From a virus: a DNA stretch of 64,000 nt. Positions 8,848-17,078 of the stretch are shown piece after piece. The notes beneath the pieces are model-generated. The model saw nothing but the letters and a program-made list of their open reading frames with translations. It was not told the origin of the DNA and made no database searches. The stretch is from positions 76,224 through 140,223 of IMG/VR virus record IMGVR_UViG_3300044846_005100. The stretch is one strand, 5' to 3'. Both the position numbers and the translations under genes were made by a program. Every line of letters starts with the position of its first letter. Within the stretch, counting starts at the first letter, position 1.

Positions 8848-8974
8848 TTTATATTTTTTTAAGTTTTTAAATATTGTGTTTAACAGGAAACATAGTACAC
8901 CCATTCACTTTTTGACATACCTCTAGCAGTAGCCTTTTAGTGCTTATGTACCAATCCCTCCCGATTAATAACAA

Positions 8975-9043
8975 TGCAAATATACAACATTCCGCACCCC
9001 TATTCCTACAACTTTTGTTACACAAAATAGTAATTTTGTTGCA
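8975..9043 (-). promoter_or_regulatory. early promoter cassette copy 5
   Basis: TGCAAATATA at 8975; TTTTGTTACA at 9013 and TTTTGTTGCA at 9034. Confidence 0.75.
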
Positions 9044-9940
9044 AAAGTAAAATAATTTCACAAAGGCTTCTATCCCCTCCCTCCCGAATATTTGCTATAA
9101 TGGATAATAGAGAGGCAATCCACAGAGAGGCTATAATGGATGAATATACGGAGTTTGTCCTATACCCAACTCTATATTCTCCCACTCGATACAAAATCGT
9201 GGCTTAGAACGCAAATATGGAGGTCATTATATTTCATCCACTGAAATATTTACACAACTCCCCCGAATTTTCCCCGAATCATATCATAATAAACTCCCCT
9301 CGATTGGGTTAAGTAATTACCGCCCCCACTTGTGTAGCGTACCGCCCGAACGTCCGCCCCTTGCCCTTTGTATATTGTACTAATGGAACGCACCGAGTAC
9401 CCACGTCTATACATTGCCTTATATAACTACCGCCTTATATATGTATAAACTAACTCAAGCCTCCGCCACCACCACCCACGCACCCGAACAAGTGCCACGA
9501 GTGCCACCCCCTCGTCTCGATTCGTCCGCCTCGATTCGTTCCGAGTGCCTCCGCCACGTCCTCCGCACCTCCTCCGAGTTATTTTTTTTTGGGTATGCAA
9601 AAACTCCACAGAACTTTTCTCAAGGGGGGATTTCAAAATTGGGCTTTGTATGGTGGGCTTCGTAGGGAGGATACCCCATTTTTTATCCACACAAACCATT
9701 TCGGGTATGTGAGTAAAAAAAATAAAATGGTGATATGGGGGTGATGATTATTTTTTATCCTCATATATGATTTTGGGTAGAGGGTAAAAAAATTTTAGGG
9801 GGTGGGGGTATGGATCTTTTTTTTGGATTTTTTCTGGGTGATTTTTTAGGCTATTTTGGATATTCAAAAACTGCACATAAATAAATAAAGAAGGGATAAA
9901 AAAAGTGCCCAGTAAAATCAAGGGTTCCGAGAGGGCAAAA

Positions 9941-10207
9941 GTACATTTTTGTACTTTTCGTGTACATTTTTGTACTTTTGACACGCTGAAACCCGCATTT
10001 CTTCGTTGAGGGGTTTTTAAAAAATGGGTGACTTAGGGGGTGACTTAGGGGGTTATAATTTGTAAAGTAAAATGCTTATAATTTGTAAAATAATTCTTGC
10101 TATTTGTACAAAAGTTTGTATCTTTGTATTTTAAAAAATAGAAAAAATAATTATGTTCACAAAATAATTATGTTCACAATCCGTGAACAATAAAGAAAAA
10201 TGAACAA
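9941..10207. repeat. cluster of short tandem direct repeats (iteron-like)
   Basis: GTACATTTTTGTACTTTT x2 (9941, 9962); GGGTGACTTAGG x2 (10026, 10038); TTATAATTTGTAAA x2 (10053, 10076); AAAATAATTATGTTCAC x2 (10144, 10161) with inverted GTGAACA. Confidence 0.8.
10097..10128 (+). promoter_or_regulatory. Bacteroidota sigma70-type promoter
   Basis: TTG at 10097 and TATCTTTG at 10119; a near-identical -7 context recurs at 10266. Confidence 0.65.
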
Positions 10208-10292
10208 GTATTAAAAAATGGTTGAAATAATAAAAAATAATAAATAATTTTTATAAAAAAATTTGTATCTTTGTATTTTAAAATAATAAATA

Positions 10293-10676
10293 ATGAAAAT
10301 AGCAATGTATGATTTGGAAGGAAACTTCCTAGATATTTTTGAAGTAAAGAGTTTCAAGGAATTGGAAACTTCTTTAGAGATTCCTAGTGGATCCTTGAGA
10401 GCATGTATAGTGGGTAAACAGTTGTCCACTATTAATAGACAATTCAGATTGGTGTCTGATAAAGGAAGATTGATTAATAGAATTGGAGACATTTCCAGTC
10501 TTACTTCTGATTTTAATAAGCCAGTATTTAAGTTTTATAAGGGAAGGTATATTAATACATATTCTTCTGTGAGAAATGCTTCAGAGATCAATGGTATAGA
10601 TGAGGCAGCTATAAATAGATGCTGTAAAGGTAAGGGAAACTCTGCTGGAGGATTTGAATGGAAATATGCAAAATAA
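10293..10676 (+). CDS. NUMOD1-domain DNA-binding protein, no nuclease domain
   Basis: Two NUMOD1-like units, e.g. INTYSSVRNASEINGIDEAAINRCCKGKGNSAGGFEWKY. Confidence 0.75.
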   Translation: MKIAMYDLEGNFLDIFEVKSFKELETSLEIPSGSLRACIVGKQLSTINRQFRLVSDKGRLINRIGDISSLTSDFNKPVFKFYKGRYINTYSSVRNASEINGIDEAAINRCCKGKGNSAGGFEWKYAK

Positions 10677-10685
10677 ATAAGATAT

Positions 10686-11174
10686 ATGAATTATGTAACT
10701 TATCATGTTGGGGATGTTTTAGTGTTTGATCCAGAAAGCCCAAGGCCAATGAATGCAAACCCAGGATCTCAAGCAAGAGTAATACATCATAGTTCAAATT
10801 ATGATAGTATGGTTGAGGTTGTATGGATTGATGGATTATCAAATGGCCAAGTAAATGGAAAATATTATAAACATAATTTCAAAAAAGTTTGTAGTACTTT
10901 AGAAGAAAGTAATGGATGGCATTCTATGAGCATACCTAGCAATGGAGCATGGATAGAAGATTGTTCAGGTGTAGATAGACAAGGACCTTCTACATATTCT
11001 ATCCCTGCTGACACTTTACCCTGGAATGAAAAAGAAGAAGAAGAAGAACCTGCTTCTAAAGAAGTAATAAAAGGCAGTTTAAAAAATATTTTAGATTGTA
11101 TCAAAGAAGCTCCTGAGTTGGTAGATATTCTTGAAAGGATGGCAATCAATTACGTTAAAAACAAAAAGAAATAA
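10686..11174 (+). CDS. hypothetical protein
   Basis: 162 aa, operon context. Confidence 0.7.
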   Translation: MNYVTYHVGDVLVFDPESPRPMNANPGSQARVIHHSSNYDSMVEVVWIDGLSNGQVNGKYYKHNFKKVCSTLEESNGWHSMSIPSNGAWIEDCSGVDRQGPSTYSIPADTLPWNEKEEEEEPASKEVIKGSLKNILDCIKEAPELVDILERMAINYVKNKKK

Positions 11175-11347
11175 AATGAAAAAGTATTTAATAAATTTAT
11201 TAATAATAACAGCAATATTTGCTTGTATGAGATTCTGTATAGAATTTGTATTTGGTTTAACACCTAATGAAGGCTTAAAATGGTTTTTATTAGTATGTTG
11301 GTTTTTTTGTATAGGTTTTGCAACTGCATCCCATTTAATTAGTTTAT

Positions 11348-11665
11348 ATGAATAATATGATAGAACAATTAAGAGAATATTTTGAAAATACTCCAAGAGA
11401 AAAAGTGTTAGAAGACTGGGGTAAAAGTGCTCATTTAGATAATGTGGGACCTACAATGGATGAATTCATGGATAATACCTATGAAAATTGCATTAAGCAA
11501 GAAGCTTCTATATATGCAGAGGATTGGGAAGAAATCAATCAATTAGATTGGGAAACAATGGTTCCTATTGAAGTTAGTAAGATTGATTTTATTACAGGAG
11601 CCAAATCAGATTCTGCAAAAGCTTATTGGTATAATCAATTTTTAAAAGAAAGGGGAGAGATTTAA
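11348..11665 (+). CDS. hypothetical protein
   Basis: 105 aa. Confidence 0.7.
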   Translation: MNNMIEQLREYFENTPREKVLEDWGKSAHLDNVGPTMDEFMDNTYENCIKQEASIYAEDWEEINQLDWETMVPIEVSKIDFITGAKSDSAKAYWYNQFLKERGEI

Positions 11666-11687
11666 AGTATTTCAATAAAAATATATT

Positions 11688-11873
11688 ATGAAAAATATAG
11701 AATTTTATGAGAAACTTTCGGCCCCATGTGATATACATGTCTGTACATGTGAGCAATGTAGGGCTGTGAAGAGAAAAACAAAAAACAGATCTTTAAAAAA
11801 GAGAATAAAAAGACTTTTAAACAAAAAAAGAAGGAAACAATTTGGTAAAAAGATATGTTATATGTGGGGATAA
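11688..11873 (+). CDS. small basic Cys-containing protein
   Basis: 61 aa; CxxHxCxCxxC followed by an Arg/Lys tract. Confidence 0.6.
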   Translation: MKNIEFYEKLSAPCDIHVCTCEQCRAVKRKTKNRSLKKRIKRLLNKKRRKQFGKKICYMWG

Positions 11874-11884
11874 AGTAAAATTAT

Positions 11885-12406
11885 ATGTACGAGAAGGTAA
11901 TTAAATTAAAACATCACGAGAAAGCAGCTAAAATTAATTTAGAAACTGGAGCAGTGGAAGAAATTGAGGGTAAAGAAAGGGTTGTTAAGAAGCCAAAAGA
12001 CCCTACAATGAATTTTTTTATCAGTTCCGAGAGCTATTCTAGGTTTTTTACAAAAGCTTGGTTACTTTTAGAGACTCAAACTACAGATGTTGAGTTTAAA
12101 GTTGCTTATAAGATGTCTATGATGGCCCATGCCTACACAAATAGTCTGGAACCATTAAGACCAGAGAGTACTATGAAGGAATTAGCGGATTTTTTTAATG
12201 TAGACAGAAGAAAAATTCTCACTATAATAGAAAAATTATTTAAATTAGGAGTTATTGGGAAGTTTCAGGTGTATGATCGGTTTGAAAATCACCATAACTA
12301 CTGGGTATTCAACCCATATTTATCTTTTAACGGCAAAATTATTAAAAAAGATGTACAAGGATTATTTGATAAGACACATTATGCTGCTTTAGCAAAGGAT
12401 TTTTAA
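11885..12406 (+). CDS. repL: RepL-like winged-helix replication protein
   Basis: wHTH segment MKELADFFNVDRRKILTIIEKLFKLGVI followed by YWVFNPYLSFNG; RepL-domain genes occur in crAss-like phages. Confidence 0.65.
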   Translation: MYEKVIKLKHHEKAAKINLETGAVEEIEGKERVVKKPKDPTMNFFISSESYSRFFTKAWLLLETQTTDVEFKVAYKMSMMAHAYTNSLEPLRPESTMKELADFFNVDRRKILTIIEKLFKLGVIGKFQVYDRFENHHNYWVFNPYLSFNGKIIKKDVQGLFDKTHYAALAKDF

Positions 12407-12416
12407 AAAAAAATAA

Positions 12417-12448
12417 TTTGTATTTAAAAAAATAGTTGTATCTTTGCA
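12417..12448 (+). promoter_or_regulatory. Bacteroidota sigma70-type promoter
   Basis: TTTG at 12417 and TATCTTTGCA at 12439. Confidence 0.65.
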
Positions 12449-12464
12449 AAATAAATATAAAAAT

Positions 12465-12674
12465 ATGTCAAATTCAAGTAAAAATTCAGGAGGAATAGGA
12501 ATAGGTTTAATTATATTTCTCATATTCCTTACACTCAAATTAGCAAAAGTAGGAATAGTAGCTAATTGGTCATGGTGGACAGTAACAAGTCCGTTATGGG
12601 GGCCAATTGTAGCGGTGTTTTTGTTGGCTACTATCCTTAGCATTATCAATAAAGTATATGATATTGTAAGTTAA
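12465..12674 (+). CDS. small two-TM membrane protein
   Basis: MSNSSKNSGGIGIGLIIFLIFLTLKL...WSWWTVTSPLWG; ATG start at 12465. Confidence 0.7.
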   Translation: MSNSSKNSGGIGIGLIIFLIFLTLKLAKVGIVANWSWWTVTSPLWGPIVAVFLLATILSIINKVYDIVS

Positions 12675-12686
12675 TTTATTTAAGTT

Positions 12687-12733
12687 ATCCAGGGAACTAT
12701 AGCCTTGGCGGTTGGCAACTCCGTATAAGTTGT
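12687..12733 (+). ncRNA. small pseudoknotted RNA, Flavo-1-like architecture
   Basis: CCAGGG/CCTTGG stem whose loop AACTATA can pair with downstream TATAAGTT; second hairpin CGG..CCG. Family resemblance is from memory only. Confidence 0.4.
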
Positions 12734-12737
12734 ATTT

Positions 12738-12808
12738 GCCTCTATGACCGAGTGGCTAGGTGTAGGTCTGCAAAATCTATTACGGAGGTTCGATCCCTTC
12801 TGGAGACT
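12738..12808 (+). tRNA. tRNA-Cys(GCA)
   Basis: Acceptor GCCTCTA/TGGAGAC, D arm ACC..GGT, anticodon arm TAGGT-CTGCAAA-ATCTA, T arm GGAGG-TTCGATC-CCTTC, U discriminator. Confidence 0.9.
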
Positions 12809-12835
12809 CTTTTTAAAACAAAAAACATTAAAATT

Positions 12836-13117
12836 ATGTATCAAAAATGTCCAATATGTAATGGAGCAGGAAAAATTACTGAATTAGGTGTTTCCTACAC
12901 TACTTGTCCTTCATGTAAAGGAGAAAGAATAATTTCTGAGTTAACAGGGTTGCCGCCAAAAAAACCTACAGAAACAGCAGTAAATCAAAATACTGATTTT
13001 CCTTTTAAACCTTTTATTAAATACAGTTGTTCAGGAGCTTGTTTTTGTGATGGAAGTTGCAAGAAAAATTCAGATATTGATATAGATGCTTTAAAACTAT
13101 TTGCAGGAATATTATAA
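12836..13117 (+). CDS. zinc-finger protein (DnaJ-type CxxCxGxG)
   Basis: ATG at 12836; CPICNGAG, CPSCKGE and a C-terminal CSGACFCDGSC. Confidence 0.7.
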   Translation: MYQKCPICNGAGKITELGVSYTTCPSCKGERIISELTGLPPKKPTETAVNQNTDFPFKPFIKYSCSGACFCDGSCKKNSDIDIDALKLFAGIL

Positions 13118-13134
13118 AATAATAACAAAAAAAT

Positions 13135-13449
13135 ATGTGTAGATTAATATGCATCAATGATGCAAACAGACCGAAAGAAATTCCAAAGAAAAAATGGATT
13201 ACCAAAGACCAAGAGTACACTTGTATTTGGATTACTATTCACCCCGATCAAGGTAATATCCAGGGTGTAATGCTGGCCGAAGTTACTTTAGATGAAACCT
13301 GTGCTCCTTATGAGACTTATAAGCTGAGTAGATTTGGTATTCATATAGATGATTTGGAAGACTTTATTGCTTTGGCAAAAGAATGTAGTGGGTTTAGTTC
13401 AGATACAATTAAAGAAATTATAGAACAAGAAAATCTAGTAATGGTATAA
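13135..13449 (+). CDS. hypothetical protein
   Basis: 104 aa. Confidence 0.75.
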   Translation: MCRLICINDANRPKEIPKKKWITKDQEYTCIWITIHPDQGNIQGVMLAEVTLDETCAPYETYKLSRFGIHIDDLEDFIALAKECSGFSSDTIKEIIEQENLVMV

Positions 13450-13450
13450 T

Positions 13451-13693
13451 ATGAATATAGAATATAGTAGTCCAGAAAAATACGCAGAACTTATCCTGAA
13501 GAATTATTTAAAAACACTTTCTTCTGGAGTTAGTAGAAACTTTGTTCAGCATTATGCAAAACAATGTGCTTTGAATGATATTGAAAGCAGCATAAAATTA
13601 TGGGAAAATATAGCTCCTCCTTATTTATCCTATGAGCCCTCATTAAACTTTTTAAAAGAAACAAAGAATTATATAGTTTCCTACCAATTTTAG
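13451..13693 (+). CDS. hypothetical protein
   Basis: 80 aa. Confidence 0.65.
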   Translation: MNIEYSSPEKYAELILKNYLKTLSSGVSRNFVQHYAKQCALNDIESSIKLWENIAPPYLSYEPSLNFLKETKNYIVSYQF

Positions 13694-13709
13694 TAGGAAA
13701 CTTTTTTTT
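13675..13709 (+). terminator. intrinsic terminator
   Basis: AGTTTCCTAC/GTAGGAAACT stem followed by a T run. Confidence 0.7.
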
Positions 13710-13743
13710 ATTTATAAACGTTATATACAAAAACACAAAACAG

Positions 13744-14160
13744 ATGGGATTATATAAACAAACAATACAAAAAAGCAAGAAAGAATGCTTTATGGATAGG
13801 GCCAGAGTTTTGTTGGCCACAAAAGGATTATTACTATCCGACAAAACACTAGAAGTATTATATTGGGTACTATACTATAAAATAGATTATCCTAAATTAC
13901 ATCCAAACAATGTAGATCAATTTAAGAACATGAATCAAATGCATGTAGTGATTGCAAAACACATGCAGGTATTTTCTTCTTATATCGGGGCCTATATAAA
14001 TGATAGGATTGTTCCTTTTAAGATATTAAAAAAAGTAGTATCAAATCCAGTGGATAAGTTTTCTAAGCCAAGAGTATTGGATTATGAGATACCAGAATGG
14101 CTTGAGAAAATGTACAAAGAAAAAACATTTAACATTAATATAAATTACGTTTATGAATAA
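13744..14160 (+). CDS. hypothetical protein
   Basis: 138 aa. Confidence 0.7.
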   Translation: MGLYKQTIQKSKKECFMDRARVLLATKGLLLSDKTLEVLYWVLYYKIDYPKLHPNNVDQFKNMNQMHVVIAKHMQVFSSYIGAYINDRIVPFKILKKVVSNPVDKFSKPRVLDYEIPEWLEKMYKEKTFNININYVYE

Positions 14161-14537
14161 AAGCATAGTAGAAATAATAAAAAATTTAAACTCTCCTTTC
14201 CGAAAGATTATGATTATGAATCAGGCTACTTACGAAGAATTAAAAAGAGAATTAGGAATGGAGTATTACGAAGAACTTGTTAAATACAAGAATCTAACCA
14301 TAGCAATTAGCCTAGATGATAACTTAAAAATATTATTAGTATAATGGAGATCTTATTTAAACTTTTTTTTACCTGTATATTGCTATCATCTATGATATTA
14401 TTACATTTTAACTCTTTCAGAGAACATGGAAAGTTTCCATATTTGGAAACTAATAACAGTTTTTCTAAATATTTTTTTAAGATACTATACTTTATTTTCT
14501 TAGTATCATTAATCACAGTAATTATTTTAAACTCATA

Positions 14538-14801
14538 ATGACTATTTTTGAAGAAGTAGCTAAAAACCTTGGGAATATTTCTCCAGAAGAAGTGCAAAAA
14601 ATCTATCAAGACTATGTTAAAACAGTTTCAAAAGAAATGAGTGCTTCTCCTGCAAGAGAAATTTACTTTCCTAAATTTGGAAAATTTTCTCCGAGCGTTA
14701 TAAAAATAAGAAAAAGACTTAGAATGTTTTTTAAACTACGAGAAGTAGAAAAAACAAAAAAAATGATAAATACTTTACGAATATTAAAAAATAAAAAATA
14801 A
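14538..14801 (+). CDS. HU/IHF-like DNA-binding protein
   Basis: Helical N-terminus, then EIYFPKFGKF and a basic C-terminus. Confidence 0.6.
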   Translation: MTIFEEVAKNLGNISPEEVQKIYQDYVKTVSKEMSASPAREIYFPKFGKFSPSVIKIRKRLRMFFKLREVEKTKKMINTLRILKNKK

Positions 14802-14862
14802 AAATAAAAATTATTTTCGTATATTTGCAAAATATATTTTAAACACACAAAAAAAATTAATT

Positions 14863-15294
14863 ATGACAATTAAAGAATTCAAAGATCAAGAAATCCCAAA
14901 TTTTGGATTTGAGATCAAAAGAGAAAATCACATTTTAGTACAATGTTATGCTAAAAGAAGTGAATTAGCTTCTCAATTAGTGGGTATGGAAAACCATAGA
15001 AACACTGAAATCAAAAATGCTTTTAAAGTATTAATGGCTAATGGTTCTAAAAACTTCACAGAAGGTGATATTATTTCTATTGGAGATAATCTAGTAGACA
15101 AACCAATTGTAAGTTACAAGCCACCTGTAGGAGGGGATCCTAATGGAGATGCTAGACCTGTATATGGTTTTTATTTACAAGGATTGATGCCTTTTACATT
15201 CTATTGCCACAAACTAGAAGAAACAGAAAACCCTTTGGAGTTGACATTCTTGATTCCAGAAGATTTGATTACAGTAAAACACATAATAGACTAA
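14863..15294 (+). CDS. GroES-like co-chaperonin candidate
   Basis: NHILVQ...SELASQLV...KVLMANG...FTEGDIISI follows the GroES pattern; own promoter TATATTTG at 14820. Confidence 0.45.
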   Translation: MTIKEFKDQEIPNFGFEIKRENHILVQCYAKRSELASQLVGMENHRNTEIKNAFKVLMANGSKNFTEGDIISIGDNLVDKPIVSYKPPVGGDPNGDARPVYGFYLQGLMPFTFYCHKLEETENPLELTFLIPEDLITVKHIID

Positions 15295-15303
15295 AAATAT
15301 ATC

Positions 15304-15576
15304 ATGAAAGAGAAAAATAATAAACAAAATAAGGTTTCTACACCAAAACAAAAGCCATCTACTCCTAAAAGTAAAAAAAGAACTAGCTCAGGAGTATCTA
15401 AAAAAGAAGAAAAAGCTTTCTTAGAAACAAATAAAATTGAGGATAATATTGTAAATGAAACTCCAGTAGTTTATGAGACTCCTCAGTGTTCTTTTCCTAC
15501 AAGAACCGTTCTTAAAAATAAACCAGCAAAATTATCTTTGTGGGAAAGATTTGTAGACTTTATTATTAACCTATAA
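15304..15576 (+). CDS. hypothetical basic protein
   Basis: 90 aa. Confidence 0.65.
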   Translation: MKEKNNKQNKVSTPKQKPSTPKSKKRTSSGVSKKEEKAFLETNKIEDNIVNETPVVYETPQCSFPTRTVLKNKPAKLSLWERFVDFIINL

Positions 15577-15586
15577 CTATAAAAAA

Positions 15587-15907
15587 ATGGAAACCAAAAA
15601 AAGCAAAATGACAATCAGTAAAGAGACAGGAGAAGATAGCGAAAAAGTTATTCTTTCTAAAAGAACTGATACTGAGGACATTACAAAAACAATCGAAAAG
15701 ATTTCAAATGGTTATTTACTTACTGTAGAGATTTGGAATTTTAAAGAAAACATGAAATCAAAAAACATGAAAAAGTTTTTTGAAAAAAACCCTCTTGAAA
15801 TGGATGAAGAAAACGAAGAAGAAGATTCTGAAGATTCTTCTGAAAATTCAAAGATGAAGGGTACATCAGAATTTATGGAAAACTGGAATATATTAGAAAT
15901 AAAATAA
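15587..15907 (+). CDS. hypothetical acidic protein
   Basis: 106 aa. Confidence 0.7.
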   Translation: METKKSKMTISKETGEDSEKVILSKRTDTEDITKTIEKISNGYLLTVEIWNFKENMKSKNMKKFFEKNPLEMDEENEEEDSEDSSENSKMKGTSEFMENWNILEIK

Positions 15908-15911
15908 GACA

Positions 15912-16220
15912 ATGTTTGCAAATCCTGATGCAGCTAATCCTGCAAAAATAACTTTTAAAAATGTAAAGAACTACCTCTCTGCTCAAGTTAGAGAGGCAGG
16001 TTTTTTACCAGAATGGGAAAAAGAACAAGTGTTATGGAGAAATGAAGTAGCACAAGCTTGTTCTTTAAATGGAAGTTGCCTAGAATGTGGATGTGAAACT
16101 CCTGATCTTTACTATGGCACTGATGGTTGTAAAAGAAAAGAAAATCCTTGCTTTCCTGATATGATGAATAAAGAAGATTGGGAAGCTTATAAAATACAAA
16201 ACAATATAAAAATAGAATAA
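15912..16220 (+). CDS. Cys-rich putative Zn-binding protein
   Basis: CSLNGSCLECGC...C...C. Confidence 0.75.
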   Translation: MFANPDAANPAKITFKNVKNYLSAQVREAGFLPEWEKEQVLWRNEVAQACSLNGSCLECGCETPDLYYGTDGCKRKENPCFPDMMNKEDWEAYKIQNNIKIE

Positions 16221-16221
16221 T

Positions 16222-16551
16222 ATGTCAGAAAATATAAATCCAAATTTAAAACTCACTACGGTGGTATTTGAACCAGAGATCATAGTTGTAGAGGGTAAAA
16301 GAGATCAAACAGTTGGAGGGTCCGTTATGGTAAAAAATATAGGAGATGAAACCTTTATATGTCAAAGTGTGGCTAAAAGTTGTGGATGTACAACTCCTTC
16401 AGGTGTAACTACTGGAACAATAATAGAACCAGGAGAAAGTAAAGAATTAAGTTTTACTATTAAACTCGGAACTCCTTCAGATAAGTTTATTTATGTTTAC
16501 GGAAATGCTACGGCTATTTCTTTAAGAATAGCTAAACGCATATTGGAATAA
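16222..16551 (+). CDS. DUF1573-like Ig-fold protein
   Basis: VKNIGDE...SCGCTT...IEPGES signature. Confidence 0.75.
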   Translation: MSENINPNLKLTTVVFEPEIIVVEGKRDQTVGGSVMVKNIGDETFICQSVAKSCGCTTPSGVTTGTIIEPGESKELSFTIKLGTPSDKFIYVYGNATAISLRIAKRILE

Positions 16552-16553
16552 TT

Positions 16554-17078
16554 ATGATAGAAACTACAGAAATGGTTTTAGAACCAAAGAAAATAAATTA
16601 TATTTTTGAAGGAGGATTTGATCTACAAAATATAAACGAAGCTCTTTCTTTTTTAAATGGAAATGATCTTCCTGTTAATTTGTTTATTAACACTCCTGGG
16701 GGGTATGTAAGTTATGTACATCCTTTTAGTAAAGCCATAGAAGAATATGGAGATATTGTCCTCTATCCTATCGAGGAATGTTCTAGTGCAGGATTCTTTT
16801 TATTATTAAATACTTCCGTACCTATTTGTCTATTAGACAGATCTATACGATGTTTGATTCATTTTCCTAGAATAGATTCTATTTTGGATATGAATAAAAA
16901 TCACATTTACGATAAAGTTGATTTTAAAAATAAAACAGAACAAAAAGGATTTTCAGAATTACTAAAAAGTCTTCCTTTACCAAATAAGCAAATGAAAAAA
17001 TTATTAAAAGGAGAAGATATAGTCTTATACTATAATGATTTATTAGAAATATTTAAAACGAGAATAATACATGAGTAA
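16554..17078 (+). CDS. ClpP-like serine protease (S14)
   Basis: INTPGGYV, CSSAG (nucleophile Ser) and IHFP (His). Confidence 0.7.
   Translation: MIETTEMVLEPKKINYIFEGGFDLQNINEALSFLNGNDLPVNLFINTPGGYVSYVHPFSKAIEEYGDIVLYPIEECSSAGFFLLLNTSVPICLLDRSIRCLIHFPRIDSILDMNKNHIYDKVDFKNKTEQKGFSELLKSLPLPNKQMKKLLKGEDIVLYYNDLLEIFKTRIIHE

Larger units (their letters stand above)
9060..10290. other. GC-rich non-coding divergence region (probable genome end and/or replication origin)
   Basis: No credible ORF; much higher GC than flanks; C-rich to G-rich skew switch near 9620; separates divergent transcription blocks. Confidence 0.55.

Noticed and set aside
804-9043. Repeated TTTTGTTGCA units as a CRISPR array
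   Set aside because: Only 10 bp, dispersed in pairs at intergenic sites, no spacer array and no cas genes; better explained as promoter boxes
9414-9984. ORFs 9414..9665, 9427..9699 and 9748..9984
   Set aside because: Low-complexity translations from GC-rich or repeat DNA with atypical composition and no A-rich leader
12752-12835. N-terminal extension of ORF 12752..13117
   Set aside because: Overlaps tRNA-Cys; the real start is ATG 12836
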